64,000 nucleotides of DNA from the IMG/VR virus record IMGVR_UViG_3300017991_000048, positions 186,001 through 250,000 of that record; one strand, written 5' to 3'. Below are positions 8,197 through 18,517 of the stretch, piece by piece (position 1 is the first letter of the stretch; every line of letters begins with the position of its first letter). A model generated the notes under the pieces. The model had not been told where the DNA came from. It searched no databases and worked only from the letters and a program-made list of their open reading frames with translations. Made by a program: the position numbers and the translations under genes.

Positions 8197-9852
8197 CTAA
8201 ATAACGTGCCAAGCGCCATTTATGAACTGGAAGTCTACCGCGACGAGGCCAATGCCAATGGTGAAGCTTGCCACCAAAGCTCCAGCTACCGGGTCTTCTA
8301 TATTATTACCGTTACCGGAAATGGTTATTACAGTTGTGTTTGTCGTAACATTCTTAACAGAGAAATGATCACCGCTACTGGGTGTTGCCGGGGCATTAAT
8401 AGTAAACGTGCCGCCGCTAGGATCATAAGCTTCTCTATAGCCGATCTTTGCGGTGCCTGTTGTGGTACGCACGGCACTTGGTTGCAGTTCCCCTACGTAA
8501 CGCCACCCGTTATAAGCAGCTATTCGTAATAGTCCTTGAACCTGAGCCGGGTGATCCAAGTCTGTAACCATAAGACCACCGAAAGCGACATCCGTGGGAT
8601 CGTCGTCTTGCGGTACGATACGCAATGCCGGGTAAGCAGGGTTGGTGAAATCGCCTTCGGCCTCTACGCCTATGCCTGTTGCGGTACTACCCTTGACACC
8701 ATATCTGACACCTGTTCCATAGACTCCTATGCTACTCGCCCCAGTGCCTATACCATGGACACCATGAAAACCTGTGCCCTGGACACCATAGCCTATTGAT
8801 CCACCAGCTACACCTTCAACGCCTGGAGTATTACCACTCGCTCCGCCTGTACCTTTGACACCAATACCAGTGGTGCCACCACCTTGTCCTTCAACACCAG
8901 TACCATTGCCTGTAGTACCGCCTAATCCGTAAACGCCCTGGCTTGCAGGAGTTGGTGCCGGGTCTGCAAAATCACCGCCGCCTATGACACCAATTCCGTT
9001 ACTGCCACCGCCCCTACCTTTGACTCCGGTGCCCGCTGCTAGGCCGCGCCCTTCAACACCGACTTTATTACTCGCGCCCTGGCCGAAAACACCCTGACCG
9101 TCAGCCGTGGGGCTAGGGACTCCTCCGCTTCCCCCAATAACACCAATACCAAGGCTGGCACCGCCTGCGCCTATGACTCCAGTACCGTTACCAGCGGATT
9201 CACCTAAAATAGCATTATACCCAGATCCGCATGTGGCGTACACGGCTCTGGCGGTTGTCGATTGTGCCCGCACACCGATGCCAGCACCAGTACCAACGCC
9301 TTGCACACCTATGCCGTTAGTTCCGCCTGTGCCCTTGACGCCAACGCCGTTAGACCCGCCGCCCGTGCCTTCAACACCAGATCCGGTACCAGCACCGATT
9401 CCTTCAACACCGATACCATTTGTAACACCGCCTGTACCTTTCAGTCCGGTGGAATTGCTGCTGCCGCCTGTACCCTCAACTGCAATATTCGCGTCATCAG
9501 GCGTAAAAGTCTGTTTCTTAGTCCAGGTGTTCGCAACATCTAACTGAACGCCGCCTGCAATTGACACCTGAGTCTTGCCACCAACATCAGCCGCTGTGAC
9601 ACCAGGACCCACGAAATTCATAGCGGATCGTTGAGTTAACGGGGTGCCTTCATCCTCAACTGTAGTGTACCCACCAGCTATGGGGGTTTGCCATTCATAT
9701 TCAGTAGCGCTGGTAGCTGTGGGAACCTGCCCTGCTGTGGGAGGGGCAGCGGTTTTACTGGATACCGGATCTCCAGTGGTGGCTAATTCGGTAGCACCAT
9801 ACTGTCCGGGATCGGGTTGTTCTTTACTGGCCTGATTATAGCGTGTGGTCAT
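8197..9852 (-). CDS. Gly-rich tail fibre-like protein
   Basis: Many G(V/I)xGxG repeats, the fibre motif ANTWTKKQTF, and a C-terminal DPSGGTFTINAPATPSSGD domain of the kind seen in phage fibres. GGGAG RBS favours ATG 9852. Confidence 0.65.
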   Translation of the reverse strand: MTTRYNQASKEQPDPGQYGATELATTGDPVSSKTAAPPTAGQVPTATSATEYEWQTPIAGGYTTVEDEGTPLTQRSAMNFVGPGVTAADVGGKTQVSIAGGVQLDVANTWTKKQTFTPDDANIAVEGTGGSSNSTGLKGTGGVTNGIGVEGIGAGTGSGVEGTGGGSNGVGVKGTGGTNGIGVQGVGTGAGIGVRAQSTTARAVYATCGSGYNAILGESAGNGTGVIGAGGASLGIGVIGGSGGVPSPTADGQGVFGQGASNKVGVEGRGLAAGTGVKGRGGGSNGIGVIGGGDFADPAPTPASQGVYGLGGTTGNGTGVEGQGGGTTGIGVKGTGGASGNTPGVEGVAGGSIGYGVQGTGFHGVHGIGTGASSIGVYGTGVRYGVKGSTATGIGVEAEGDFTNPAYPALRIVPQDDDPTDVAFGGLMVTDLDHPAQVQGLLRIAAYNGWRYVGELQPSAVRTTTGTAKIGYREAYDPSGGTFTINAPATPSSGDHFSVKNVTTNTTVITISGNGNNIEDPVAGALVASFTIGIGLVAVDFQFINGAWHVI

Positions 9853-9894
9853 GTTATCACTCCCACACATAGGGAATAATAAATGGAATTCCGC

Positions 9895-10314
9895 TTAAAT
9901 CTGGGCAGATTCTAATGAACTGTTATCAGGGTTGAAAGTTATTCGGTTAACCCGCATGAAGGAATCACCGGTCAAAACGCCCCGATCGACGTGAATTAGC
10001 TCATAATTAGACGCCTGAAGCCCCACTAAAAGCACCTCGTGGGCCGCTTCTGGCTTCCCTTGGCCGCACGTAAAAAAGTCCACCGCCGCGTAATTGTGTT
10101 CAGGCCAAGTGTGGATAGATAAATGGGATTCCTCGATAACCACCACACCGCTGACGCCTTGGGGCTTAAAAGGGTGGAACACAGAGGCTACAACCTTACA
10201 GTTTGCGGCGACGGCAGCCTGTTCCATTAGATTCTGAATCTGAGGGATATCGTTAAGTAAGGATTTATTACATCCTATGTACTCGACCAGAAGATGTCTG
10301 CCCCGCGTATCCAA
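9895..10314 (-). CDS. speD: S-adenosylmethionine decarboxylase proenzyme (pyruvoyl-dependent)
   Basis: GRHLL, HPFKPQGVSGVVVIEESHLSIHTWPEHNYAAVDFFTCG with the E/SH self-cleavage site. TTG start with GGAG RBS. Confidence 0.95.
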   Translation of the reverse strand: MDTRGRHLLVEYIGCNKSLLNDIPQIQNLMEQAAVAANCKVVASVFHPFKPQGVSGVVVIEESHLSIHTWPEHNYAAVDFFTCGQGKPEAAHEVLLVGLQASNYELIHVDRGVLTGDSFMRVNRITFNPDNSSLESAQI

Positions 10315-10332
10315 TTTCTAACTCTCCGGTAA

Positions 10333-10986
10333 TCATGGCTGGTAAACCAAAGCCCAAGAACCTAAGTGCATACGAGAAACGCCTGGATTAGCGAGCGTGA
10401 TTATGAAAGAAGTGCCCTGGTCTGGCGCTGGTATATTCAGAACTGACCCGTTAGTCGTAACATTAGAAGTGGCACCGTTATTAAAAGACGCAAGGCATAA
10501 TAGATTTGAGCCAGACTCTTCGGTGTAACTTCTTTGAAGTCTCCCAGTCTTATCGTCCGAGTCGGCAAAAGAATACTCTTCCCACGCTATCACACATTGG
10601 GACGGAGCATACCCAAGAGGGAATGCGACCGAAATAAGAATACCACCCAAAGGAAGCAGACAATGGTTAACAAATCCAGCATTTGGAGGACCGGGAACCG
10701 AAGCGGTTCCAGCCAACAAGCCGATGGTCGAAGGGGTATTAACCGTAAGGGCGTCCGTACACGAGTCGCCAATTATGTCAGTAAATCCAGCATAGAAAGC
10801 CAATAAACCCGCATACTTATCTATAAGCAAAGTAGTGATGTCGGACGGATTGCCAGCAATGGCGACACCATCAGGCACACGGACAATGCTGCTCCCTGTG
10901 GAGTTTGTCACACCGCTTTCAGCCGTGACAACATCTATAATATCGCCGTTTGTCGTGAAGGGGTCTATTAGATAATGAATGGACAT
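10333..10986 (-). CDS. hypothetical virion protein
   Basis: 217 aa, beta-rich composition, inside the fibre module. Confidence 0.5.
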   Translation of the reverse strand: MSIHYLIDPFTTNGDIIDVVTAESGVTNSTGSSIVRVPDGVAIAGNPSDITTLLIDKYAGLLAFYAGFTDIIGDSCTDALTVNTPSTIGLLAGTASVPGPPNAGFVNHCLLPLGGILISVAFPLGYAPSQCVIAWEEYSFADSDDKTGRLQRSYTEESGSNLLCLASFNNGATSNVTTNGSVLNIPAPDQGTSFIITLANPGVSRMHLGSWALVYQP

Positions 10987-10994
10987 GATTCTTA

Positions 10995-11318
10995 CTATTC
11001 GTTGTTTGGCTTTGGACCTTCAGGCGGATCAATCACCGCCGTAAAGCTAAAATCATTATTATTATATTGCCATCTATCTGTTGGATTATGGCCAAGCTCA
11101 GTTGCGATCTCATTGACCGTATTGGCATGTTCCATCTCCGCTTCTCTTAAGAGCAAGCGAGCTTTTGACTCTTCCTCTTCCGCCGTCTTGAGTTGATCAT
11201 GTATCTCGCCTCTTCGTATAGCGGCTTGCGTATAAGCTTTTGCCAGAGTTTCAATCCGACGCACACCCGCTTTAACAAGAGAAATTTGTTCATCATTCAT
11301 CTGGATTTTATCGTTCAT
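10995..11318 (-). CDS. small coiled-coil protein (possible fibre chaperone)
   Basis: Heptad-like helix, AAGGA RBS, downstream of a fibre gene. Confidence 0.5.
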   Translation of the reverse strand: MNDKIQMNDEQISLVKAGVRRIETLAKAYTQAAIRRGEIHDQLKTAEEEESKARLLLREAEMEHANTVNEIATELGHNPTDRWQYNNNDFSFTAVIDPPEGPKPNNE

Positions 11319-11351
11319 TTTTGTCCTTTGATTTATTTAATTTGATTTTAG

Positions 11352-11543
11352 TCACTCTTCTGAATCTTCCAACGCCACAGTCAAGCCTTCAGGCTGTGGC
11401 GGAGTAAGAGTTCCCTCAATCTTACCATTCAGGGTGGTAAGATCAAAACCGACTACTCTCCCTGCTGTAATATCAGCCGCGAGATTGGTCAGCCAAGCGG
11501 CCAGTGCCGCAGCATCGGCGTATGTCTTTTCTACGTTTATCAT
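11352..11543 (-). CDS. small hypothetical protein
   Basis: 63 aa with AGGAG RBS, fills the operon gap. Confidence 0.55.
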   Translation of the reverse strand: MINVEKTYADAAALAAWLTNLAADITAGRVVGFDLTTLNGKIEGTLTPPQPEGLTVALEDSEE

Positions 11544-11558
11544 TTTCTTCTCCTATTT

Positions 11559-14018
11559 CTAGGGGTATGGCCAGAGGCTCGGAGTCTGGGTTCCAAACAC
11601 AATAACTTCGATGGTAATGGCCACAACCGAAAGATCGATGGGTGTGGCTAGACTTGCTAAGAGACTGAACGCGGAAACATCAAAACTCCCATTAGCTTTA
11701 TTCAATGTTACAGTGCTATAAGCCCCACCAGCCGCGCTCTCTACACCATGAGCAACTGCATAAGCTGTGCTATCCATTCCCGATCCAAACGTAAATGTCA
11801 GCCTGTTATTAGCTCCAGCATAAGCAACGCTACCTATATTAAACCCATTACGGATAGTCGGACCACCACCACCGCACTCAATGAGCGCCCACATCTTAGG
11901 GATACTTGATCCAGCCAGAGTGTTCCCGAAACCCTGAGTCGGAAGAGGATTACAAGCAACATCCGATCCATCACCCCCGGCCCAAAAACCCATGACACCA
12001 CCAACTCCAAGTGCGTAACTGTAATTCTGAGCATATGTATGATTAAAAGCGCCTCCAATTCCAGTCTCAGCTTTGCCAGCTACACCGGGTCCTAAACCAT
12101 GGTGAAAACCATAAATCCCGGCCTTGTTCTGTTGGGCACCACCACTGTTACGCCTACATTCCCCGTATATACCGTGATGCCCTCTGTTGCCAAGATTGCC
12201 TGACTGTGCATAGATGCCCATATTCTGAGTGGACTGAGCGTGAAGGGCGACTCCAGCAGGAGCTGTATAAGCGGTAGTAGTAGGCGAGTATGCGTAGAGC
12301 GCAGTACCACCACCAGTATATGTAATAGCTTGAATACCTTTTCCTGCCTGCGTCGTACCACAGACGCCAACACCCGCATCGTTTCGACCATACACCCCAA
12401 AAGCCGCAACATCGTAGGCCATCCCGAAAACGCCATAGCCAACACCCGCAACGTCATTCTTTCCGTAAACCCCAACCATGTCAGCCGAATGCGAAAGACC
12501 TAAGATTCCAGTGTTCTTGGCGGACTCGGCATAAATCCCATATCTATCAGTGCCATAAAAATAACCGCCGTCAGTACCCCGGAAAATTCCACCGTGCCCC
12601 ACATATAGATCTACTGTAATCGCCCCGTTATTAGCGTCTGGTAGCGCCCCCAACGGAGAACCTGCCTTTACCGCCGTCGCGCTCACATACTGCGTTATAG
12701 TGTACAACCCATCATTGCCGCTACCACTTCCGTTGATCTCAACATTAAACCCGACATGCCCTGCGACAAAAGAAGGAGTACCAACGGTAATCAGCATATC
12801 CGGACCATCAGCAGTGAGATCGGCAGTGGTGGATAACTGTTTTGGTCCGCCACCTATACCGATCGTACCCGCGTTTTCTGATTCTGTTACAAGAGACTCT
12901 GTAGCGCCTTCGCCATAAAAAACGCCGCCTGCTCCTTCGACAGTTGGAAAAGCTACGGGCGGTCCAGAGTTTGCTGCGCCAAAGACGCCACACCCTACTC
13001 CTGGTCCTGCTTCACCAACTACTCCGGGCTTACCAGTATCACCGCCCCCAAAAACTCCAACACCTCCCATAGTTCCTGGTGCCCAAACAGGAGAAGCCGC
13101 GCCAGAAAAGAACCCGCCTGGACCAGTTAAACCTAAACCAACAACGCCAGCACCGCCTGAAAAAGTTGCCCAGTGGTCCGCTGCTCCGTCGCCCCAGAAG
13201 ACACCGCCCACACCTACTACAGTTGGAGGGGGAAACGGCATAGTTCCCCCTATCCCCCACACGCCCATTTTAGCCGTAACTGGAAGAAGTCCAGTCGCCG
13301 CACCGACAACTCCAATTCCTGGTTCAGCAGTTGTAGCACCTCCGTCTCCCTGTGCGGCAATACCAATGGCCGGGAACCCCAATCCAGGGTTAGACGCAAT
13401 TGATGTAATTCCGGTTACGTTAGCCGCAGCCGCTCCATTGGCGAATGCTTGAATGCCTACCTCTGTCCCTCTTCCAAATACACCCGCCTTCGATGTAGTT
13501 CCTATGCCAACGACACCCGCGCCGTCAGGCCCGGTCCCGCCAACTCCCATTACGCCTGAGTTATTAAAGCCTACTACAGGAGAAGGTTCGGTAGCGCCAA
13601 CGCCCCAGAAGACACCGCCAGTGCCCTCAACAGTAGGGGAGCCAACGGTTTGTGACCCAAACACGCCTACTTTAGATCCTCTGGCGGAAAGGGCTACATC
13701 ATCACCGGTTGCTGTTATAGTTTGTTTACCGCCCCAAGTGTTGTCTCTGGAGTCGAGCATCAAGTTGATGAAATCAGTGATGTCTGTCACCTGAGTCATC
13801 GTGGGGTCAGCGCCCAGGCTTATATTGGTGCCAGCTACTGCCGCCCCACCTATGGCGGTTGCCATGTGAGCATTTACAGGATCAGTAATATGGGCTTGTA
13901 AAGCCGCGTCTGAGCCACCACCGGCTGGAAAGAGCAAAGCACTTGCAGGGACCGTACCCCCTGGCAAACGACCGGGACCGGGTTGAACAACTGTTACTGG
14001 ATCTCTTGAAGATGGCAT
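11559..14018 (-). CDS. Gly-rich tail fibre-like protein
   Basis: LQAHITDPVNAHMATAI anchor motif, DNTWGGKQTI, many GVxG repeats, C-terminal GFNIGSV...TFTF...YAV domain resembling fibre tips. Confidence 0.7.
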   Translation of the reverse strand: MPSSRDPVTVVQPGPGRLPGGTVPASALLFPAGGGSDAALQAHITDPVNAHMATAIGGAAVAGTNISLGADPTMTQVTDITDFINLMLDSRDNTWGGKQTITATGDDVALSARGSKVGVFGSQTVGSPTVEGTGGVFWGVGATEPSPVVGFNNSGVMGVGGTGPDGAGVVGIGTTSKAGVFGRGTEVGIQAFANGAAAANVTGITSIASNPGLGFPAIGIAAQGDGGATTAEPGIGVVGAATGLLPVTAKMGVWGIGGTMPFPPPTVVGVGGVFWGDGAADHWATFSGGAGVVGLGLTGPGGFFSGAASPVWAPGTMGGVGVFGGGDTGKPGVVGEAGPGVGCGVFGAANSGPPVAFPTVEGAGGVFYGEGATESLVTESENAGTIGIGGGPKQLSTTADLTADGPDMLITVGTPSFVAGHVGFNVEINGSGSGNDGLYTITQYVSATAVKAGSPLGALPDANNGAITVDLYVGHGGIFRGTDGGYFYGTDRYGIYAESAKNTGILGLSHSADMVGVYGKNDVAGVGYGVFGMAYDVAAFGVYGRNDAGVGVCGTTQAGKGIQAITYTGGGTALYAYSPTTTAYTAPAGVALHAQSTQNMGIYAQSGNLGNRGHHGIYGECRRNSGGAQQNKAGIYGFHHGLGPGVAGKAETGIGGAFNHTYAQNYSYALGVGGVMGFWAGGDGSDVACNPLPTQGFGNTLAGSSIPKMWALIECGGGGPTIRNGFNIGSVAYAGANNRLTFTFGSGMDSTAYAVAHGVESAAGGAYSTVTLNKANGSFDVSAFSLLASLATPIDLSVVAITIEVIVFGTQTPSLWPYP

Positions 14019-14028
14019 ACCCTAACTC

Positions 14029-16599
14029 CTACGTCTGTCTCTTGTTGAGTAAGTTGCCTTTGAGTCTAAATACACTCGCGGTGGTCGTATTGTTATTTAA
14101 ATCTGCATCAAAAAAGACACCGTTAGTTTCATCAAAGAGAGCGTACCGAATAAGCAATATAAGCACCAACTGCCCTTTGTAACCTAACGGGGTGTCCGCC
14201 GCTAATTCCGCAAGCACGGGAAGAATATCTTTGTGCCTGTCTGGATTACTTAGATCCTGAGCATAAGCGTTTGGTATATAGCCAGCGGGAACCGTCTTGA
14301 AATATGTCCGCCCTTCAACGTCAACATCACCCAAACCCCGTGTAAACTCCAAAGATTCCGGGTTGGCTACCATTGGAATATAGACCGGCAAATGTAATAA
14401 ACCAGTTTCAGCGTTGAAGTCAGCTACAGAGACTTCCGCTCGCGCCGACAGTTCAGATTCCCCTGAATAGGTATGCAAGTTACTTGGGAAAACCCCTCCG
14501 GTTTGAACATAAGCCGCCGAGAAAGGATAGCCTTCGTCCTGTGACCCGGAACCCGTTGTAAGAGCAAACATACTCTTGTTGGTTATCTTTGGAACAACAG
14601 TTAGTGTCCCGCTGAGCAGCGCATTACGGGCTGTCTGAGAAACTGCCGTCCGAAAATAAATTGTCATCTGCTCATCGTTTTGAGGCAGCGGTCGTCGGGC
14701 TGTGTAATCAACCTGCACAGTGTCTCCCGGAATAGTAGGTACTGCCAGGGTGATAACGATGCCAGAACTGTCCAAGGTGTAGGCGGCTGGAGCGGCATTA
14801 ACCAAAACGGAGATAATACTCTCGGCTCGTTCTGGGAGATAAACCGTCACACCTCCCACTTCAGTATCCCCTGCCACGATGAGAGTCAGAGGGACTGTTT
14901 CGTACTCAAGCTCAACCTCTCGATGTGGATAATCTAACGCTTGGTTGGCGAAAGCACTAAATGATACAGGAGGGGCTGCCGGTAATTGCGCTGGATTATT
15001 TACATAATAGCTGCCTGCCCCAAAATCATCAGTAGGAGTGTGAGACAAGCCCATACCCGTGGGGTAGCCCACAAGAAGCGTCACGTACAGAGGCTCATTG
15101 GTCAAGGCAGGGATCGCAGGCGGCAGAATTGTAAGGGTCATCGTCAATGGTGTGATAGGAGCCGCGCCCAAGCCGGTGACATTATAGAGTGGTACTTGAG
15201 CCGTTGAAGAACCAGGAGCCCCTACCCATTGCGCCCTTACTATATCCAAGAAACGTACATCAGCAGGAGCACGAGAAGCCCAATTAAATGCTGGATACGG
15301 ATAAACAGGGAGTGCGGTTGGATCGATTACAACCACATCCCCTGGTGCCCATCCGGGACCAGGAGCAGGTATTTCGACAGTAACCAACTCAAAAACTGAC
15401 CGATCCGAAAATCGTCTGCGAACTGCATCGAACTGTCCAGCGAAGTAACCAGCAGTGGTATCTCCAGTGGTAATCCCGTCGCCTGGAAGAACACCAATCT
15501 CATTGGCCATAAAGACAGTGGTGCCATTGTACCCACCGCCGCTTGGCGAAGTGGTGCCGATTTCTGAACGCAAAGTGTTATCGAGTAAGAAATTGGTGTT
15601 CTTTTCTAACAGTTCTGACAATGACCAGCCGCTAGGACTAACACCCGACCTAAGATCCACAAGATCTTCGGCTACAATCATGTCGTAAAACAGACCGTCA
15701 GGGCGGTCGGAGGGTCCAGGGGAAGCCACACCGCCGTTATGATTATCCAAACGAGCAAAAGCGTTGGTATTACGCCTGAACACCCCAAACAATGGAAGGG
15801 CGTACATATACCCATCAACTGTGTCCAAGGTGTTAGCCGGGTTTCCATCTCCCGCAATCCATAGTCCAGGATCGCCGTTGGCAGACTGGTTTACATATGC
15901 AAATGCTGTTGGGGCTCCATCCGGTGTCAGAGCATCCGGTGGGACGGTGTTCGCCACGACTATGGGGTCGTCAAGAGCGTAAGGATACGCAAAAAGATCC
16001 ACACCCTGTATAACCCGGAGTCGATATTGAATCTGCACACGCTTCGTTGTCTCGGCTCCGACATTGGTATCCAAAATGTCATCAGAATAGTTAAGGACCA
16101 AATCATTGGCCGGGTCGGTCTTGACGTTACCCTCTTGCCAGATACGTCCTGTTGCCGACTTGCCATCCGTGTCAGGAGAAGCGGAAATAAGTTTACGCCA
16201 AACTTCCAAGAGAACTACATCGGTACGGAGAGCACCCACGCCTGCTGGACTGGCTCCAAGATCCACCTCATTATGCCCTGTCGCGTTTGTATGGCGGAGT
16301 TTGACCAGCCAGCCGTTAACATGAGCAAGAATATCGTTGGGGATCTCAACATAATTGGCTGTGGCACTAGGGGCAAAAATAGCTCCAACTGAATCAGAAG
16401 TGTTAACAAAGTCGTTCGACAACCAACCTGACGGCATGGCGCGTCTCAAGTTGGCTTGGGCTGCACCTCCGTCCACGTCTTGGAGAAGATTATTCTCCTT
16501 GTCGAGAATAGGCTTACCGGATTGGTATACTACCGTCTCCCAAGCTCTGCCTTCGGGAACGTCGTAACCGCTAACGCCGGGACCAAAATCTTTTGTCAT
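14029..16599 (-). CDS. baseplate/fibre-attachment structural protein
   Basis: N-terminal VVYQSGKPILDKENNLLQD (DUF4815/DUF6519-like), RTDVVLLEVWR, ETTKRVQIQYRLRV. Confidence 0.6.
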   Translation of the reverse strand: MTKDFGPGVSGYDVPEGRAWETVVYQSGKPILDKENNLLQDVDGGAAQANLRRAMPSGWLSNDFVNTSDSVGAIFAPSATANYVEIPNDILAHVNGWLVKLRHTNATGHNEVDLGASPAGVGALRTDVVLLEVWRKLISASPDTDGKSATGRIWQEGNVKTDPANDLVLNYSDDILDTNVGAETTKRVQIQYRLRVIQGVDLFAYPYALDDPIVVANTVPPDALTPDGAPTAFAYVNQSANGDPGLWIAGDGNPANTLDTVDGYMYALPLFGVFRRNTNAFARLDNHNGGVASPGPSDRPDGLFYDMIVAEDLVDLRSGVSPSGWSLSELLEKNTNFLLDNTLRSEIGTTSPSGGGYNGTTVFMANEIGVLPGDGITTGDTTAGYFAGQFDAVRRRFSDRSVFELVTVEIPAPGPGWAPGDVVVIDPTALPVYPYPAFNWASRAPADVRFLDIVRAQWVGAPGSSTAQVPLYNVTGLGAAPITPLTMTLTILPPAIPALTNEPLYVTLLVGYPTGMGLSHTPTDDFGAGSYYVNNPAQLPAAPPVSFSAFANQALDYPHREVELEYETVPLTLIVAGDTEVGGVTVYLPERAESIISVLVNAAPAAYTLDSSGIVITLAVPTIPGDTVQVDYTARRPLPQNDEQMTIYFRTAVSQTARNALLSGTLTVVPKITNKSMFALTTGSGSQDEGYPFSAAYVQTGGVFPSNLHTYSGESELSARAEVSVADFNAETGLLHLPVYIPMVANPESLEFTRGLGDVDVEGRTYFKTVPAGYIPNAYAQDLSNPDRHKDILPVLAELAADTPLGYKGQLVLILLIRYALFDETNGVFFDADLNNNTTTASVFRLKGNLLNKRQT

Positions 16600-16615
16600 G
16601 TTCTAAGCTCCCGAA

Positions 16616-17260
16616 CTAAAAGGTCAATCGCCACACAATCGTGATCGTTGAGGTCGCTGGCTTGTTGATAACTGGAAAGGTCAAGTAATTGACCTGTGTG
16701 TCGAACGCCGTCAGATCCACAGTTGCATCATAAGGTCCATTCGGAGGTAACACGGGCTTTCTGACACTCATGTTTGTGTCAACATTACCTCCGAAAAGAC
16801 CCATCTCCACCAAAGGCCCTACAGCTTCTGATTCAGCGAATGTGGTTGTAAAATCGACCACCTTCGTTGGGACTGCTGTTGGAACCCCACCCGCGTCAAT
16901 AAACTCTGTGTCAGCGAAAGTCTTACGGGCCAGTTCTGAGTAAAGCGACCTTTGGGTGTCCGTTGGAGCCGGTGGGTTCATCGGGTCCCACCCTGAATCT
17001 CCTGTGCCCACTGCCAACACAAAAATCCCGTGCGGTGGTTCCGCGTTATCCTTCATTAGACGGGCGATCAAAATTGAGGCATCTAAAACCACCAGATTGA
17101 TTTCCCGTTCTTCTTGTATCTCGCCGGTAGCCCCGTCCCGTAAGGTTATGAAAACATCGCCCCTAATCTTATAACCAGAAAAATCCTCTGTATATCTATT
17201 GCCCAAAGCAACTGACAGGAATCTTTCTTTAAACGCTCTGAAAAGTTCGATTTTCTTCAT
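16616..17260 (-). CDS. baseplate wedge/tail-collar-like protein
   Basis: LAVGTG...LYSELARK...FTTTF...EMGLFGG...FPVINK...IVWRLTF pattern. Confidence 0.6.
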   Translation of the reverse strand: MKKIELFRAFKERFLSVALGNRYTEDFSGYKIRGDVFITLRDGATGEIQEEREINLVVLDASILIARLMKDNAEPPHGIFVLAVGTGDSGWDPMNPPAPTDTQRSLYSELARKTFADTEFIDAGGVPTAVPTKVVDFTTTFAESEAVGPLVEMGLFGGNVDTNMSVRKPVLPPNGPYDATVDLTAFDTQVNYLTFPVINKPATSTITIVWRLTF

Positions 17261-17323
17261 CTACATCTCCCTTAAGATGAACCTTGCAATCCAGGTATTC
17301 CATAAGAGAAAACAAAAGCTGAA

Positions 17324-18517
17324 TTATGGCTGCAAGTTGATAGTTACAACTGCACCGGGTGGGATTGGAGCCAGATTTTTAGCCGTAATAAAATACTCTG
17401 GCGGGGTTGCACCGTTATCAAATATTTTCCAAGCATCGCTGTTTTGCAGCGAGACGTAAGATAGATCCCAAATTTCCCTGACAGTGGCATCGCAAGGTCC
17501 GTCAACTGGCGGCACAACCGTATCACTCTGACGGTCCTCTAAAGTTATTGTGGCGTCCACAAGCCTTGGAAAAGCTGCCCACAGCACGTCATCCACGTTA
17601 TTCAAGGTGGTGACTCTGGTTGTCGGGACAACCCCGGCTCCATGTGTATGCAAAACGTAAGGATCTATGGGCTCTGGGAAATGGTATTCGTCGTAAGCCT
17701 TGGTGCAGACATGAACATCGTCTACCTGGATTATGGAGTTGGCAGCGGCTGTCTCAAGAGCCGGGGAAAAGAATACCAACCCTCCATGAATCCCATATAA
17801 TCCAGTTTGGACTTCCCCCGAAAACTGCTCCACTGGAATTTGGGTCCGTAATGTATTTTCGACCCACTGAAAGATATCGGTGGACGGAGATAACGGCTTT
17901 CCGGTCGCTGTAACGACCCCTGAACCTATCGTTAGCTGATAATGCCGCTCATCAACTAGGTCTTCACCTAACGTTAGGACCACAGACCGAACATCTGTGG
18001 ATTGTTCCGCCTGGACCGACGAGACAGTAATAGGATCAAGGCTCAGATCCGTTAGAATGTACTCCGATGGGTCTGTGAGAGCCGCGTTCTGAAACATTGC
18101 CTCAGTGAACACAGCGCGAACACGAGTTTTCCTAGTGGCAACAGCGAAAAATGTAGGAGAGACCGGGAAGCCCAAAAAAGTGGCAGAGTCCAGGAGAGGG
18201 TCTAACGGCTGTCCGAAATACCCCCTGGCTTGATCAACTGTAACCGTGTAAAGAACATCCGTCTGAGGGTCCGTAATCAGAATGACCGTCTGGGCTGTTT
18301 CTTGGATTACTGAATGAACAGTCAGTGCCGGGAAGATGGAATAATTAGCTGGAGTCAGAAGGGGCGGGAATACCTCATCAAACAGAGTCGTATAACGAAC
18401 CCGGACAAGCGTAGGCCCAAGTGAAGTAGCTGATTCCAAGCCGTAAGGCGGGAAAGCACTTCCATACGGCCCCGAACCGTATTCACCACTACCATATGGG
18501 CCTATTGTATCAACCAT
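17324..18517 (-). CDS. structural protein with N-terminal YG repeats and Ig-like domains
   Basis: GPYGSGEYGSGPYGS; two Ig-like segments (VRVRY...ANYSI; VRAVF...SEYIL). Confidence 0.5.
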   Translation of the reverse strand: MVDTIGPYGSGEYGSGPYGSAFPPYGLESATSLGPTLVRVRYTTLFDEVFPPLLTPANYSIFPALTVHSVIQETAQTVILITDPQTDVLYTVTVDQARGYFGQPLDPLLDSATFLGFPVSPTFFAVATRKTRVRAVFTEAMFQNAALTDPSEYILTDLSLDPITVSSVQAEQSTDVRSVVLTLGEDLVDERHYQLTIGSGVVTATGKPLSPSTDIFQWVENTLRTQIPVEQFSGEVQTGLYGIHGGLVFFSPALETAAANSIIQVDDVHVCTKAYDEYHFPEPIDPYVLHTHGAGVVPTTRVTTLNNVDDVLWAAFPRLVDATITLEDRQSDTVVPPVDGPCDATVREIWDLSYVSLQNSDAWKIFDNGATPPEYFITAKNLAPIPPGAVVTINLQP

